From NCBI RefSeq assembly GCF_036321535.1, contig NC_087436.1:14136001-14200000 (forward strand): DNA of 64,000 nucleotides, in the 5' to 3' direction. The notes under the pieces were generated by a model. It had not been told where the DNA came from and searched no databases. It saw nothing but the letters and a program-made list of their open reading frames with translations. Every line of letters starts with the position of its first letter. Within the stretch, counting starts at the first letter, position 1. The position numbers and the translations under genes were made by a program. Positions 24,472 to 37,800 of the stretch are shown here, one piece after another. This DNA comes from Camelus dromedarius (Eukaryota).

Positions 24472-27400
24472 AAAGCTTCCTTAGGGGTTAGAGCAGCTTC
24501 GTGGTTTTTCTGTGGGTGCCCCTAGGCATCTATGGGGTCCGAGGCTGTCACACTGGATTCCCCTCTGGGGGCTTGCTCAGTGCTCCCTCACCACTGCAGA
24601 GAGCTCCTGGGAAACCCAGGCCACGACTCCTTCTCAGGCAGACAGTCTCGCTGATCCCGGCAGCGTGTTTCACTGGGGCCTGTTACATACCAGACACATA
24701 TGTTATCTCACAGGGTCCTCCCACCCAGACTGCAAACGGGAAAAAATGAGAAAAATGAGCCACAAGCAAGTGGTGGATCTGGGTGGAAACCCAGGTCTGG
24801 CAGACTCCCAGAAAGCCCGTTTCCTGAAAAATAAGAAATCAAAAAGGGATGTGTGGGGTCTGGGAGGGGATGGAGAATGAGGCCTGAGAATCCCAGTTCA
24901 GCCAGGCCCTGCCATTTCAGAATGTTCCCTGCCCCCCCCAGCCCTCCCCCTCCGCCTAGAGAATTAGAATGAGTGGGAGAGGTGGCTCAGCCAGGGTTAA
25001 AACACTCTCCACGCGGTTCTGACACATCCCTGCTTCCCCACAGGCCCTGCTGAGGACCTCTGGGGAAGGCCTGGCTCTTCAATGGGAAAAAGACACTCTG
25101 GAGCTTCTGCAAATTCATTTGAATTTGGAGACCTAGAAGTCTCAGAACATTCCTCCAGCGACACTTCACTTCATGTACCTCCTCCCTAGGGAGGGGTCAG
25201 GCCGGGAAGGTGGCATGTTTCAGAGGCAGCTGTTTGTAACCTTTTCAGAAGCCCCATGCTGTGCAGCCAGGCTTTTCTCTGGAAGCAGCTGGAACGGGTC
25301 CCCCTTGAAAGTAAAGCAAGCCTGAGGACCGTAAGAAATCCCTGTGAGCCTTTGAAAGTCACAGTAAAGGCCTTAGTGCCCCCAGCCAAGCACTGTTTTT
25401 CTCTCTTTGTGAATCCATCTGTGCTTGGCTGAGGTAGGAATTTTTAGGGGAGGTTGGAGCACATGTGTCACCAGCAGAGACTGAGGGCATTGCTAGATGG
25501 TTCAGGACCTCTGGCCCAAATTTCCCAACAATATCTTTTAATCTCTTCTAGCTGCAAAGTGAATACACCTCCAATCTTTTCTACAAGTCCAGGGAAGTAT
25601 TTCTTTAATACTGTTTTATTTCTTTTGGTCATTAAATGGAGAAGTCTCTAGTTTTTTCTATCATTCCAAGGAAGTACTTCCTTGTACTGTTGGGAGGAGA
25701 AAAAGGAGAGAGCCTCTTGCTGGCTTGCTATTGTCTTAAAACTTTCCACCTGGAACCCTCACCAGCCATATATCCCCACTGGTGCCCTGTGTCAGCATTG
25801 GCCTCCAGGCCCCAGGCTGTTAACTTGCATTTGCTGAACACGGTACTGTGTACCAAGCACCTGCCTGGGGCCTTCCCATGCAAATGTGTTCCTGGAGGCC
25901 CATCCATGCCAGTCTTTTATTTAATCTGCTGTTTGATTCCTCAGGCTGGGCACATTGCAGGTCATGTGGTGGGCACACAGTAAGGGTGTCCTGAACATTA
26001 TGTCACTTACCTTTCCCCATAACCCTGAGATGGGCATCTCTCAACTTGACAGGTGAGGCTCTGGGGGTTCACTGACTGGCCCAGGGTCGCACAACCAGAA
26101 GGTGACCCTGCATGCCGGCGCCCCACCCCCTCTCTAAGCCCAGGCTCCTTCCCCCACGACTTGTTTTCACAGGTGAGCCCTGTCCTCACACAGCAGGTAC
26201 ACATTGGATGCCCGTTGAGCTGAGTGCAGGGACACAAAGGCGTACAAGATACCAACAGGGTACAAGAGGTCTAGTCTCTGAGTGACAGCGAATGTGGAGC
26301 TGTTTTCACCTGCAGGAAGGGGAGCACAAAAGAGGGCGGGGTCACTTCTCCTTCGGTCTGAGGTCAGGTTTCCCAGAGCAAATGACTCTTGAACTGGGTC
26401 CCAAAAGGTGACAGATCTGCAGGCAGCTGGGGAAGTGGGGAGGTGCGGGGAGGGCGACTTGGTTTGCCTGGAGCCTGGGTTGGGGGACGGGGGAGCAGTT
26501 ATTGACGGAAATGGAAGGGGCCTTCCTGCTCCTCCCCCCTCCCCAGCACTTTGCCCCGGCACAGGTCCCTCCCTCCCCAGTTTCAGGAAGGGGTTTAGCC
26601 AGAGTCGCAAAGTGGCATGACTGCAAGGATGAGGCATGGGGCAGAGGTTTAGGGTGAAATCCGGAAGGATCAAACCTGCAGCTCTGCATCACAGGTAAAC
26701 CTCTTCCCTCTCTGCCAGGGCCTCTGCACTCAGCGGAGGCAGAACGGAAGTGCTGGGCGTCCCGAGCCCACCACCCACCGCTCTGAGATCACCTCCAATC
26801 CTTGTAAGTCTGCAGGCAGCTGAGCTGTGTCACTGAACATCACCCACCACACATCTTACCACCGTAAGTGGGAGGGTTTGAATGGATGGCAGGCAGAGGG
26901 GGGCGTCAAGAGGGCCACCTCTCTCCTGTCCCTGGAAACTACAATCAAGCTCCCAGAGTACAAGAGCATCTCTTGGTACCGCCACCACCACTGAACTGGC
27001 CATTGGAAGGAGACAGGATCTGGCAGAACCCAAGGGGCAAAAACTGTGGTCCAGCCTCTGTGGGGGCAAGTTTGGCTGGGCAGTCAAACCTGCCATTTAT
27101 AGGTCAGGCAAGTTCCCAAGATTCCTGGTCTGGCAGGAGAACCTCAGAAGTCTGGACATCACCACTGCCCCTTCTGCCCCCCAGCCCCCACCTCCCTTCC
27201 CACTTTTCCCACCTGCTACTCCTTAGAAAAGTACAAAACCAGGACGTTTCACCCATGGCTGCTGAGCAGGTGCCCCACTCTTTGTATGCAGACCCACCTG
27301 GTCTGGAATATTTCTCCAAGGGCACGTCCAAGTTTCAGAGACCGAACGTGGTGCAGCATGGAGCTTTCAACCTCTTCCTTCATTTCAACCCACCCCCAAG

Positions 27401-30400
27401 CTGCCTCTGTTGCTGGCTGTCCTGGCTCCCTGGGAAGTGACAAGCCCAGCGGCGTGAATAATCGCGTGTCACAGGAGCAGTGATATACGAGTCTGCTTGG
27501 CCGCCTTGCTTTCTTGCACTCATATGTCATTCACGGTTCCGCAGCCCGCTGCGTTCTCAGTGAGCGTGAATCAGAGGGGAGAGGACATTCCCACGCCCGG
27601 AAGGAAAAGCTCTGCGCTGCCATCCTTTCAGGTGTGTGTCATTCCCGCGGGCTGAGATGGGAAAGCCCGGCACTGACTGAAGTGCGCAGTCCTACGCCCG
27701 TTGGAGTCCAGAGAGCCCAGGGTCCCTAACCCCAGGACGCTGTGCCCCCTTCCTAAGTGACACAGGAACTTGTACATTAAAAAAGAGGGAAATCGTGAGT
27801 CACTGCACTTAGAGGGAGGAGAAGGGAGAGGTCCTCTCCACTGCTTCTTACCACCTCTGGTTCTCAAGGGCCAAACTGGTCCTCTCTGCAAAGCAGGATT
27901 TTCTTGGTGGTGCCTGAACCCCGGTCCCCTTTGGGGCTGGGCCTGGGGGCACTCAGCACAGCGATCTGCTGGCCCTGTTTGCAGCAGAGCCAGGCCAAGG
28001 AGGCCTCGTCGGTAGAGCTGGGATATGACAAGTGGATTGGGAGGCTCCTCAGCCAGCAGGTGTGGGGCAGCTGAGGGCTCTGGGCCCTTGAAGCTTCTGC
28101 CACCGTCCATTTCAGAGCCACCCGCCTCCCTTCCCAGGTGTCTGGCCCCTGCCCTGCCCTGCCCTGGAGGATTCCGGCTGCTGGAGCCCAGCTGCCCAGT
28201 GCTCTCACTTCCTCCCACCCGGGCTCTCCCCTGAGGGCACACAGCCACTTTGAACTCATAAAGGATGTATTAGTTTCAAGGCTGGGTCCCTCTTGCTGTG
28301 TTCTGTGTTCTCTAGAGCTTTGGCCATTGTTGGATAAAGGATGTTAACAAAGATCTCCCTTCCTAGAGGCTGCGACCACAGAAAACAGACTCCAGGAAGA
28401 ACCAGTCACAGAACAGGAGGTGCTGGCACCTCCTGTGTGCTCTCTCTCTGTGGACAGAAGGAGACCTGAGGTGACCTGGGCCATCATGGTCACTGTGCAG
28501 TGGAGGAAAGTTATGCCTTATCTTGGGTCACACAGTGGCTTCTTGGCTGGACCAGAGCCGCCAAAGTTGGCTGATTCTCAGTCCCCACTTCAGGGTCCAT
28601 CAGCTCGTCGTATAGATGATGGTGACCAGCGTCTAAATGCCTTCCCATAAGTATTTCCTGTCTCCTCCACCTGCACATCTGCCAGCACTGCATGATCCTT
28701 GAGACTTGGTTTCTCATCCCTACTACACCCTGGTGTCTAAACAGTGTTATGTAACAAGATCTCAGTCAATAGCTGTTGACTGACTGATGGGTTCGGAGCC
28801 CTTTCCACAGCTCTGATCTGCCTTCAGTAGCCCTGTGAACCAGGTATTTAAGAAGAGACCTCAGAGCAGAGACTCAGGTGAATAGAACGCCTTGTCCTCA
28901 CTAGACCCTTTACTGAGCGGACAGGACTGGTGGTGAACTGGACAAATCAGGAGAACAGCTGTGAGTCACTCTCTTCGCTCCTGCTTTGGCACCAGAGAGG
29001 TGACCTCACCCACCGCCAGGCAGGACGGACTGCTGGATTACTCACCTGCGGGCGAGCTCGGAGCCGGCTGCAAGCTCTCCCTGAACGTGCACAAGGCGGC
29101 GTTGAGCAGGTCGGTGGAGCGGGACCCCGTGTGCACAGTGTGCGCATGCGTGTGGAGGGGAGGAAGCCTGAGAGACGCACGGATTCCGAGGAGCATCCAC
29201 AGGGGGCGCCAGAGGAGAGGATGGGCGGGGGCGCGGTGTTCCAGGAGGGCGACCCTCATCTCGTGCATGTATATTTGTAGAGCATAAGTGTTTGAAATAA
29301 ACAACTAGGAATAATTCAAATGAAATAAATTCTGTCTAAGAATTTAGCTGTGTTCCTACTTTCTCACCTCCTCCTCTCTTCCTATCCAACCCGGGCCGTA
29401 GGCAGACCTGGGGACTCAGAAACCTGGCCAAAACCATTGCAAAATAGTCAAATTCAGACATACAGGAGAAGGTCTAGGCTTCAAATGTGGAGACCCCTGA
29501 TGACTGAGGTCAAAGGTTTCATTGACCAAGGGGCCAAATACCTCACTGAGTTCCCTGGACACAAATTGCCCCTCTGACCCCCAGCAACCACCTCCTTTTC
29601 TCTACCCACTTTCCCAGACCTTCACTCCTGGAGACACGGAGACACGGATCTGGATTTAGCATCTAAATGACCCCTCCTCTCCTAGTGCAGTCTCCTAATA
29701 ATATGCGAACAGCACTTTCCAAACTTAGGGTTGCATGGAATCCCCCGGGGGAATTTTGCAAGGATTTGTATTCTGCTGACACTCCTGAGGTCCACCTACA
29801 GCCCAGGGAGGGTAGGAAGTGAGAGAAGGGAAGAAGGAGGTGAGGAGAGGAGTGGGGACAGCATAGCTGTCACAGGTTATACATCTTTAAAAAAAAAATT
29901 GCAACTAAATTTATTTTTTTTAATTAAAAAAAAAAAAGCTCCCAGGGGACTTGGAATCTCCCTAAAGGGAGGCCCGCAGCTCTGTGCCACTCTAACCGGG
30001 CTGGGCTGAAACATACCCCCAAATCCTGCTTCCACGATGAGACTGAAAGCTTGGCGCCTCCTTGGACAGAGGGCTGCAGCCAGGAAGCGAGTGTCACCAA
30101 CGATGAAAAGACATTAGAGCCCAATTTTTGGCACCGTTTCTAAGCGTGGGGAGCTCACTTCTGCCAGGACGCTGGCTGTAGCCTGGGGTTTTCCTGGTCG
30201 GACAGGGCTGTGCCGACAGCAGATTGCACAGGACTTTGAGGGGCCTGGCAGGGCACTACCTGCCGCTACTTCCGGAAGCTGGGACGGCTGAGGGAAAGGA
30301 GGACAGCAGAGGCTGCTTGGCCACCTGGCAAGAGATCTGAGGTCAGGGGACAATGGAGAGATTCAAAGGAAGCAAACCAACTGAGCGAGGCCCGGGGCGG

Positions 30401-32139
30401 GTGGCAGTGGCAGGGAAGGGGCAAATGGGAGGAGCAGAAGAAAGGCCTGAAGGCTCGGGAACCCCCAAACGCTTTCCCGGAGAGCAGCCCAGCCTGAAAG
30501 TCCAGTTTGGTAAAGGGGTGGAGAGGGTTTCTCTTCAGCAAAGCGCCCTGTGAAGTCGGCAGATAGATCATGACTTCTCCCTCCAGTCGGGAGGCTGCCT
30601 CAGAATGGCCTCGGCCAGAGGGTCCTCCTCATTTAAACTTTTTAGGGTTCAGTCTCAGCAGAGAAAAGGGACAGTCCCAGCCTTGGGGCCTGTGAGCTCA
30701 AGTGGAAACTGAAGTCCCCTCCAGGTGGGGGAGACGCCCCCCTGGGGACCCAGCCCGGCCCCCTCGCTTCTGAGAGTGGTGACAGCCAGCCAGGCCTACA
30801 CGACCTAGACTGAGGGGCTGGCAGGGCCTTCATCTTCCGGGCAAGGCTGACCGTTTGCCCAGTGGCCTTGCTTCTGGAAAACCATTTTGCCAACGGTTGT
30901 TTGCTTTACGAGGTTCCCTTTCTATTTAACCTGGTGAGACCCTACCCACTGGCTCCCCAGCTGCCTTGTTTCCCTTCTGGACACCCAGGGCCATGAATTT
31001 ACACTCTTTTACACAAATGTGTCATCTTCTAAAGGGCACATTTGTTCCTGCTGCTGCCCTGCTTACAATCCTTCCATAAATCGTTGTCCCCAGATACAGT
31101 CCCTGCGGGCCCTCTGAGCTGCACCCCACTTTTACCCCTCCAGTCTCCCTCATAGCCCCCTCCTCCTCCAGTGTCGCCTCCCTGCTCCCCAGACCTGGCA
31201 CCCGCCTCCCCGCCTTGGACCTCAGGCTCCAGGAACAAAGCCCCACCAGCCCTGACCACAAGTGTAGTTCGGACCCAGCCTCTGACCCAGCGCTCATGCT
31301 CAGACCCCCTCTACCCACCGCCTTCTCGACAAAATTCAAGCCCAGCCGTCGCCTCCTCCACCCTGTGGGAGTTAACCCGCCACTCTTCCCTGCCTCTGAC
31401 GTCCTGGGTGCTGACTTGTTCTTGCTTTCTTAAACTTACCTCCATGCATCATAATGGTTATTTTCCTGTCCCCTCCCCGGTGGACAGTGACCTTGCTAGC
31501 TTCTCCCAGCCAGGTCCTAACACAGGGTCGGGCACCCAGTGAAAGGAAAGGAGGGGTGGGGAGAAGAGCCAGGAAGAGACCAGGTTAGTTGCTAAACTTG
31601 AAGTCAAAAGCTTTTCTAAGGCAAAAGTAACTATGGTCAGGGCAGGGTCTAGGATAAGGTAAGGAAGACCCGGTCTCAGGTCAGACACGTGCAGGCCAGC
31701 ACCAGAGGGTGAGGCCTCCTTAACTTTTGTGCCCTAGACGCCTCTCTCCCCTCACCCCAGACCGACGGGTGCCTTCCCTTGGAGAACTGCAGTGTAGGAA
31801 GAGAGGAGACAATCAAACTGTAAATCAAATCATATTGAATTACAAACCATGGTGCGGGCTGTGAAGGGAAGGGACACGTGGCTCTGAAAATCGGAGTCAA
31901 TCAATGAAAGATGCGCCTTCCCCAGAGACGGGAATCCAGAGTCAGCACCAGACAACTCAGCAGAACGACGCCCTTGTTCACAGGCCCTTCTCCAGGCCAC
32001 CCCCACCCTCCCCCGCCAGCCCTGTGCAGCTGCCTCCTGTCCCACCCCAGAGCAATCTGGCAGGACCTACGGCAGTGACTATACACCGACTCTGTGCAGG
32101 GCAGTCCCGAGAAATGCTCTCCTAGGGCTTTAAGGGGCT

Positions 32140-32510
32140 GTTTGTGGAAATGTTCACTGTGGTGCTGCTTGCGGTGACATGGGTGTCCATCAGTAGGGGG
32201 CCGGACCAGAACAATGAGGCAGCCACATCCTAGGGACTTCCGTGCATCAGTAAGAATTAGCAACCTAGATGTACACATGGCAACGTGGAAGGAAAATAAA
32301 AACAGAGAGCAGAGTAAAAACAGGATGAGATTCAAAGTCACTTATGTCAATTAAAAATACATGTCCAAAGCCATGGAATCTATGTGTAGACAGACATATA
32401 GATACACACACACACATAAACACACACATAAACACACACATCTAAGAACAGACGTCAAATACATCATGGGGTGGGCTACTGAGAAGACAGAGTGGGAGTG
32501 GAGATTACAG
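32140..32510 (+). mobile_element. L1ME-type 3' fragment with CA-rich low-complexity stretch (32390-32440)
   Basis: aatgttcactgtgg...gggtgtccatcagtaggg...ctagatgtacacatggcaacgtgga. Confidence 0.55.
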
Positions 32511-33825
32511 TTGAGGGGCCAAAATAGTATCCAGCATGAAAGGGCTTTGCAGACTGATGATAATTGTGCTCCAAGACTGAGTATGGTCAGCTTTATCCTC
32601 CGCTCCTGAGGTCCAACACAGAGCAAGTCAGTATAAAACCAACCAACCAACCAGTAAAAACCCTGACTAAGGATGCTTCACATGGGCGGGGTGATTTCAT
32701 TTCATTTTTTCCAGGGGCCATAGGAATTAATCCCAATTCAATTTCCCACTTCAGGGTTGAGGGATCCAAGGCCCAGAGAGGGCATTGGAGCTGCCCCAGC
32801 TGCACAGCACTTAGATGGCAAGAGAAAGATTTGAAGCAGGTTCTAGCCCCTGGCTGGCACCCCGTGTCCCACTCTGTCCAATTCCATGTTCTGACCGCTC
32901 AACCCAGCCTCCCAGAGTGTTTGTTTAAAGGGCTTGGCTGTGTTTGTCTTAGCACAGGGGCGCCCAGTCTGAAGTAATGCCCTGGCGTGAATGGGCCTCC
33001 CTGTGTGGAGTTCAAGGTGAAAACCTCCTAGGGAGATGGGAGGCTCATGTACTGCTTTATCTTTGTTGTTTAGTGTTGTTTTCCTCTTTCCAGGACAACT
33101 GTCTCAAAGCGCAGATGAGCTCATCGACTCACCTGGGCAGGTAAGTGCAGAACCTGGACAGGGTTTTAATAGGAGTGAATCCTGTTTGGAGGAAATGATA
33201 TCATCGTAGTGCTGAAGGCGGGAGGAGCGAGCCTTTAAAGGACCTGCCTCTCCCACAGCCCGTTCAGCCTTCACCTTGCCCATGGCACGGCTAGAAGCCC
33301 CACACAGTATGGGTACACTGTGTTGATATTAACAAATTTGCTGGAACCCACAGACCCGTAAACCTGCTGACAGGAAAACTGAACAGGGTATTAACGTGGG
33401 TGGTTGGTGGAGGTTTCTGATGATAACTGTCCTGAGAGAGGGGGATGAACGCTGACTGTCGGGGAGCTTCTCCAAGGAGCCGCCTTCGAGGTGGGCGTAT
33501 ACCATTAATGCCCCCAAATCCTGTGTAGCCCGGCTTTTTATGATCAAAGCACCATATACATACACAAGGAAAACTGCATATATCGTAAGGATGAATATTC
33601 ACGAACTCCACGTACCCATATGGTCAACACCCTGATCAAATTTCAGAACATTCTCAGACTGCAGAAGCTAGGCGTGTCCCTTTCGGGTCCCCGCCCACCT
33701 CCTAGGGGGTCAGCACTCAGCTGACTTCTAACAGCATAGATGAGTGTGCAGCCCGTGTCCTCCTCGTCAGTGTCAGGGTCAAGTGTCAGCAGGCAAGAAA
33801 CCATGTGCTAGTTGATTAAACCCCT

Positions 33826-34021
33826 TTATTTTATTTTTTAAGTTATTTTTTTCACTTTACATTGTCTTTTGGGGGGGAGTAATTAGGTTTATTTTTATTT
33901 ATTTACTTTTAAAAAATTCTATGTATTTATATTTACTTTTTTAACGGAGGTACTGGATATTGATTCCAGGAGGTACTGGGTATTGAACCCACTCTACCAC
34001 TGAGCTATACCCGCTTCCCCC
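33826..34021 (-). mobile_element. tRNA-derived SINE (Vic-1-like), internally rearranged
   Basis: Reverse-strand tail (ttttattt...ggggggagtaattaggtttattt), duplicated ggaggtactgg segment, then ctctaccactgagctataccc. Confidence 0.85.
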
Positions 34022-34699
34022 ACCTTTTTTTTTTTAAAGATAGCCCCTTTAAAATATTAGTGTGTTTACCCTCACTGTTCTCTAGAGAGAGAGGCGGGTG
34101 ACAGGCAATATTCCCAGCCTGGGGGCTACTGAGGCACCAAGAGAACTAAGCAATTGCTTTGTCTTGGAGTCTCACAGAGTGTCAGCAGAAACCCGGCTGC
34201 TCGTCCAGGGCCCCGGCTGGCTCCCGGCTTGTCCCGCACCATCTGACATCCACAGGCCTCATGCAACGGGCTGCGGCTCTTTGCTGAGTCACCTGTGCCC
34301 TGTTGGGATGACCCAGGTTTGAGGCACCTGGGATGAGATGCCGGCATTTTCCTCTAAGAGGTCCCAGTGGTGACAAACCTCTGAGCCTTAAAGATGAATG
34401 GGATTGTGGGAAACAATCGAATTCTGGAGCCACACCTGAGAAACAGTGGTCTGGTATGCTCCATTCACTCTTAGAATTCCTCTTTTAGAAATTCCTTTGG
34501 AGCCAGATGATAAGGTGCAGTTCTTTTACCTTGTGGTTGTATGTTTGTGATGAAAGATGGTTAAAAGCCTATGGGACCACCCATTGTTTTTGTCACACGA
34601 GTGCCCATCAGAAAATAGGGCCCAGGCCAACTGTCATTAAGCAAACAGGAAAACATTCACAGAACAGACTTCCCTAGTAATCCTGATTACTATTTTTTA

Positions 34700-34875
34700 A
34701 GCCCCTTTTATGCACCAGAATATATCACCCATTTTAATAACAACCTCAAGAAGTGGGCATGATTTCTCCCTTTTACAGATGAGAAACTGAGACCCAGATG
34801 GTAACTTGATTTCCCCATGGTGATCAGTTAGCAGAGTTGGGATTTGAACCAGGTCTGTTCATCTTCATAACCCAC
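34700..34875. mobile_element. MIR SINE
   Basis: acaacctcaagaagtggg...ttttacagatgagaaactgagacccaga...gcagagttgggatttgaaccaggtctg. Confidence 0.8.
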
Positions 34876-37800
34876 ACTGTCACAGGTCCCCAGAAAGGCC
34901 AGCAATGGGTGTGCTCTTTGAGCCCCTTCTGGGAGGATGGGTGAGGCCCCTAGTGCAAGATGTGAGTGGAGCAGAAGGGCTGGGCTACAGTGTGGCCTCA
35001 GCATCCCTCACACACTTGCCAAGAACCCTACCATTATAAACATAGAACGAACATCAACCTTGATGGGAAGTGGGAGGGCATGACCCCCCTGCTTCCCTGG
35101 AGGAATGAGGAAACAGACATATAGAGAGGATGTGTAAGCTGGGTCACCTAAGGCAGGACGAGGAGGACTCAGGAAGTCCAGGCCTCTGCTCTTTCCCCAG
35201 AACTGGGTGACCTCCTTTGTCTGACTGTTCTCCTTGCAGCCAGGGTGGCAGGTGTCAGTGGGCAAAGGACACACCCTCTTAGGCAGACGGGGTCTCAGGT
35301 GGTCCCACAGCAGAGTCAGGAAGGAAGGGGTGTGCTGGGCCTTGGAGACAGAGCCTGCCATTCCTCATGTTCCTGCTGAGTTTCATTGACCTTGAGGGAG
35401 ACTCCAGGCACAGTGTGTTCCCCTGGCTTCTCCCTGAAGCAACAAGGAGCCTCCTGCTGTCAAGAGCATCTTCCCTCCATATACATGTTGGGTGAACATT
35501 TTCCCGGAAGAAGGACACCAGGAGTCCTGGGTTGGAGGGAATCCCCTGAAGACTTTGGCCTGGAGGATGAGATCATGGGTCTTGGAAGCAGATGCATTTT
35601 ATAGATCCAATAAATTAGACGGAACCTGCCTAGTTATGTGCAAGCATGTGTCATGGAGCCCTGCCCTGCCTACTCTGCTGCAGGAGGAAGCAGGAGTAGA
35701 TGCAAAGCTGGGTTCATAGACCTGCCGAAGGTCACACAGCCAGATAGGGACAGAGTCCAGGGGAGGACCCAGTGCACCAAGACAGCAGGTAGCCGTGGAA
35801 CCTGCTGGACCCCCTGCCTGAGGCCCGTAGGTCTCTAGGCCTTCAAGTGAGCTATCTCCCATCACTGGGCCCCCGAGAAGCTGCCAGGTGTGGGCTCTGA
35901 CCCAGAACAGTGATGATGGTAAACACTTATACGGTCCAACATATTCAGTCATTTAACTCTCTTAACTGCTCTTAAGTTACATAGGGCTGTGATTTCCAAG
36001 CAGAGGTGTTAAGCCATTTGCCCAAAGTCACACAGCTAATAAAATGACCCAGTGGCAATAGCCTAGTTGCTGGTGGAGGGCAGGCTCCTAGCTGTGTCTA
36101 TCTCCCCAGCATCCCTGGAAATGTGCCAGCACCTGCGCAAATCAAGGATGTGAGGGTCATATGTGAAATGCCCGGTGGCTGAGGGGTGTCCAGCTTCTTC
36201 CAACAGGCCTGAGGGTTTGTGAGGTGGCCACGAGGTTCCCTTGCTCTTAATGTGAAGCGTAGACCCAGTGCCTGGGGCACCCAGCACTGTCTTTATCTTT
36301 GTTCTTGTCCCTTCTCTGGCCTCTCATGGCCCTCCTCTCCCAGAAGCCCTTTGCTCCCTCCATGGGTCCTTCAGCTGGGGGTCCTGGGTGCCTTACCAGG
36401 CAAAAGCAAAGACCTTCCCAGTGAGGGAGCGATCCCGGCAGTGGTCCTTAATCGCGGGACCATGAGTCTTCCCATCACCCATTCGAGTTCATCTACCCAC
36501 GCATGCGCACTGAGCACATACTTAGTGCCGGCCCAAGCCAGGTCCCGGAGGGCTCCACGGGTGAAGACTCACCCTAATCTCCACTTGACATGCACTCACC
36601 CCTAGTTCAGGAGTCAAACACAACCAACTGTTCTACAAGGCAGGTGGGGATCAGTGTTCTAGCTCCAAGTGCTCTGAGAGTTCAGGGGAGGGAACGATCG
36701 ATTTCCTAAGAAAAGGATCAGAGGAGGAGAGAAGTATGTGATCTGGACTTGGAGGTGGCTGGGCTTCTGAGGAGCCACTGGACGACAAAGGCTTGAGTGC
36801 TCTGTTTTAGAATCCCTGCAAGACTCAGAACTTTCCAGAATCACAAGCTTTCCTTGAACTCTCACTGAGCATCTGTCATAAGGTGACTGTCCTTGCATTT
36901 CTGAGAGCTGCCCTACGGACAAATCCAAGAGGAAAGAGCAGAGGCTGCCCATGGCAACAGAGGGCCCCATCCCCAGGAGACCCCACCCCCAGAAGACCCT
37001 CCACAAGTGGTTTTTGGTTCAAGGACAAGGATGACTGTCATGAAGCTTCTTCTTGTAACCTATTAAGGTACAGCTGGTCCTCCCAGGAGGTGACACCTTT
37101 GAGGGAAAAGTGGCTTTCAGGGGTTACTGGGTCAACTCAGCAACTGAATCTGGGGAAGCCATTTCACATGCTTGGAGTCTTCCAGGTGGAAGGGACTTGA
37201 GGGGCCTCCAGCCCAGGAAGGGGGACAAGCAGCTTCAGTGTGAGCTCCTCCTGTACTTGAATGAAGACTCATCTTCATTTTGCTTTGAAATGACACAGAA
37301 TAAGATTGATTCCACCACCAGGTTCTTAGTGTTGCTTTTTTTCAGTTTAAAGTCTGGATGTCCTCATCCTCAAGCCTGGCACCCAAAACCTCAGCTGTCT
37401 CTGTCATTCTCCTCCATCATACTCCAGCTCATCAAGTTTCCTCCTGAAAGGTGTCCCAGGGCTGGCAGCAGTGTTCAAATGTGGACCAACCAGCTGGATA
37501 TCACGTCGCGTATTGTTACCCCATGAATGTGGCCAAAGATGGTGCCTTGGGTAGCCGTGTGGCACTACTGCTCATGGGCTCTCCTTCTACCTCTCTCCCA
37601 GAAGGAATTCTTCCACCAAAGAGTGGAAATGACAAATTTCTTCTCCCACTGGGTCGCTGGGACAGTGGGTGTGTAGTGAGTAACTGTCTGCAAAGCTGCA
37701 AGGTTCTTGGGAGAAAAGCACCAGTCAGAGTTCAGCCCGTTATGATCTGGTTATGAAAAGCTCGGGAAAGGGCTGAGAGCTGCAGACACCTTATCCAGGT

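Noticed and set aside
26167..28259. Several 110-206 aa ORFs in a GC-rich intergenic zone (also 60931-61611)
   Set aside because: Pro/Gly/Ser-rich, overlapping in multiple frames, no domain similarity or coherent exon structure
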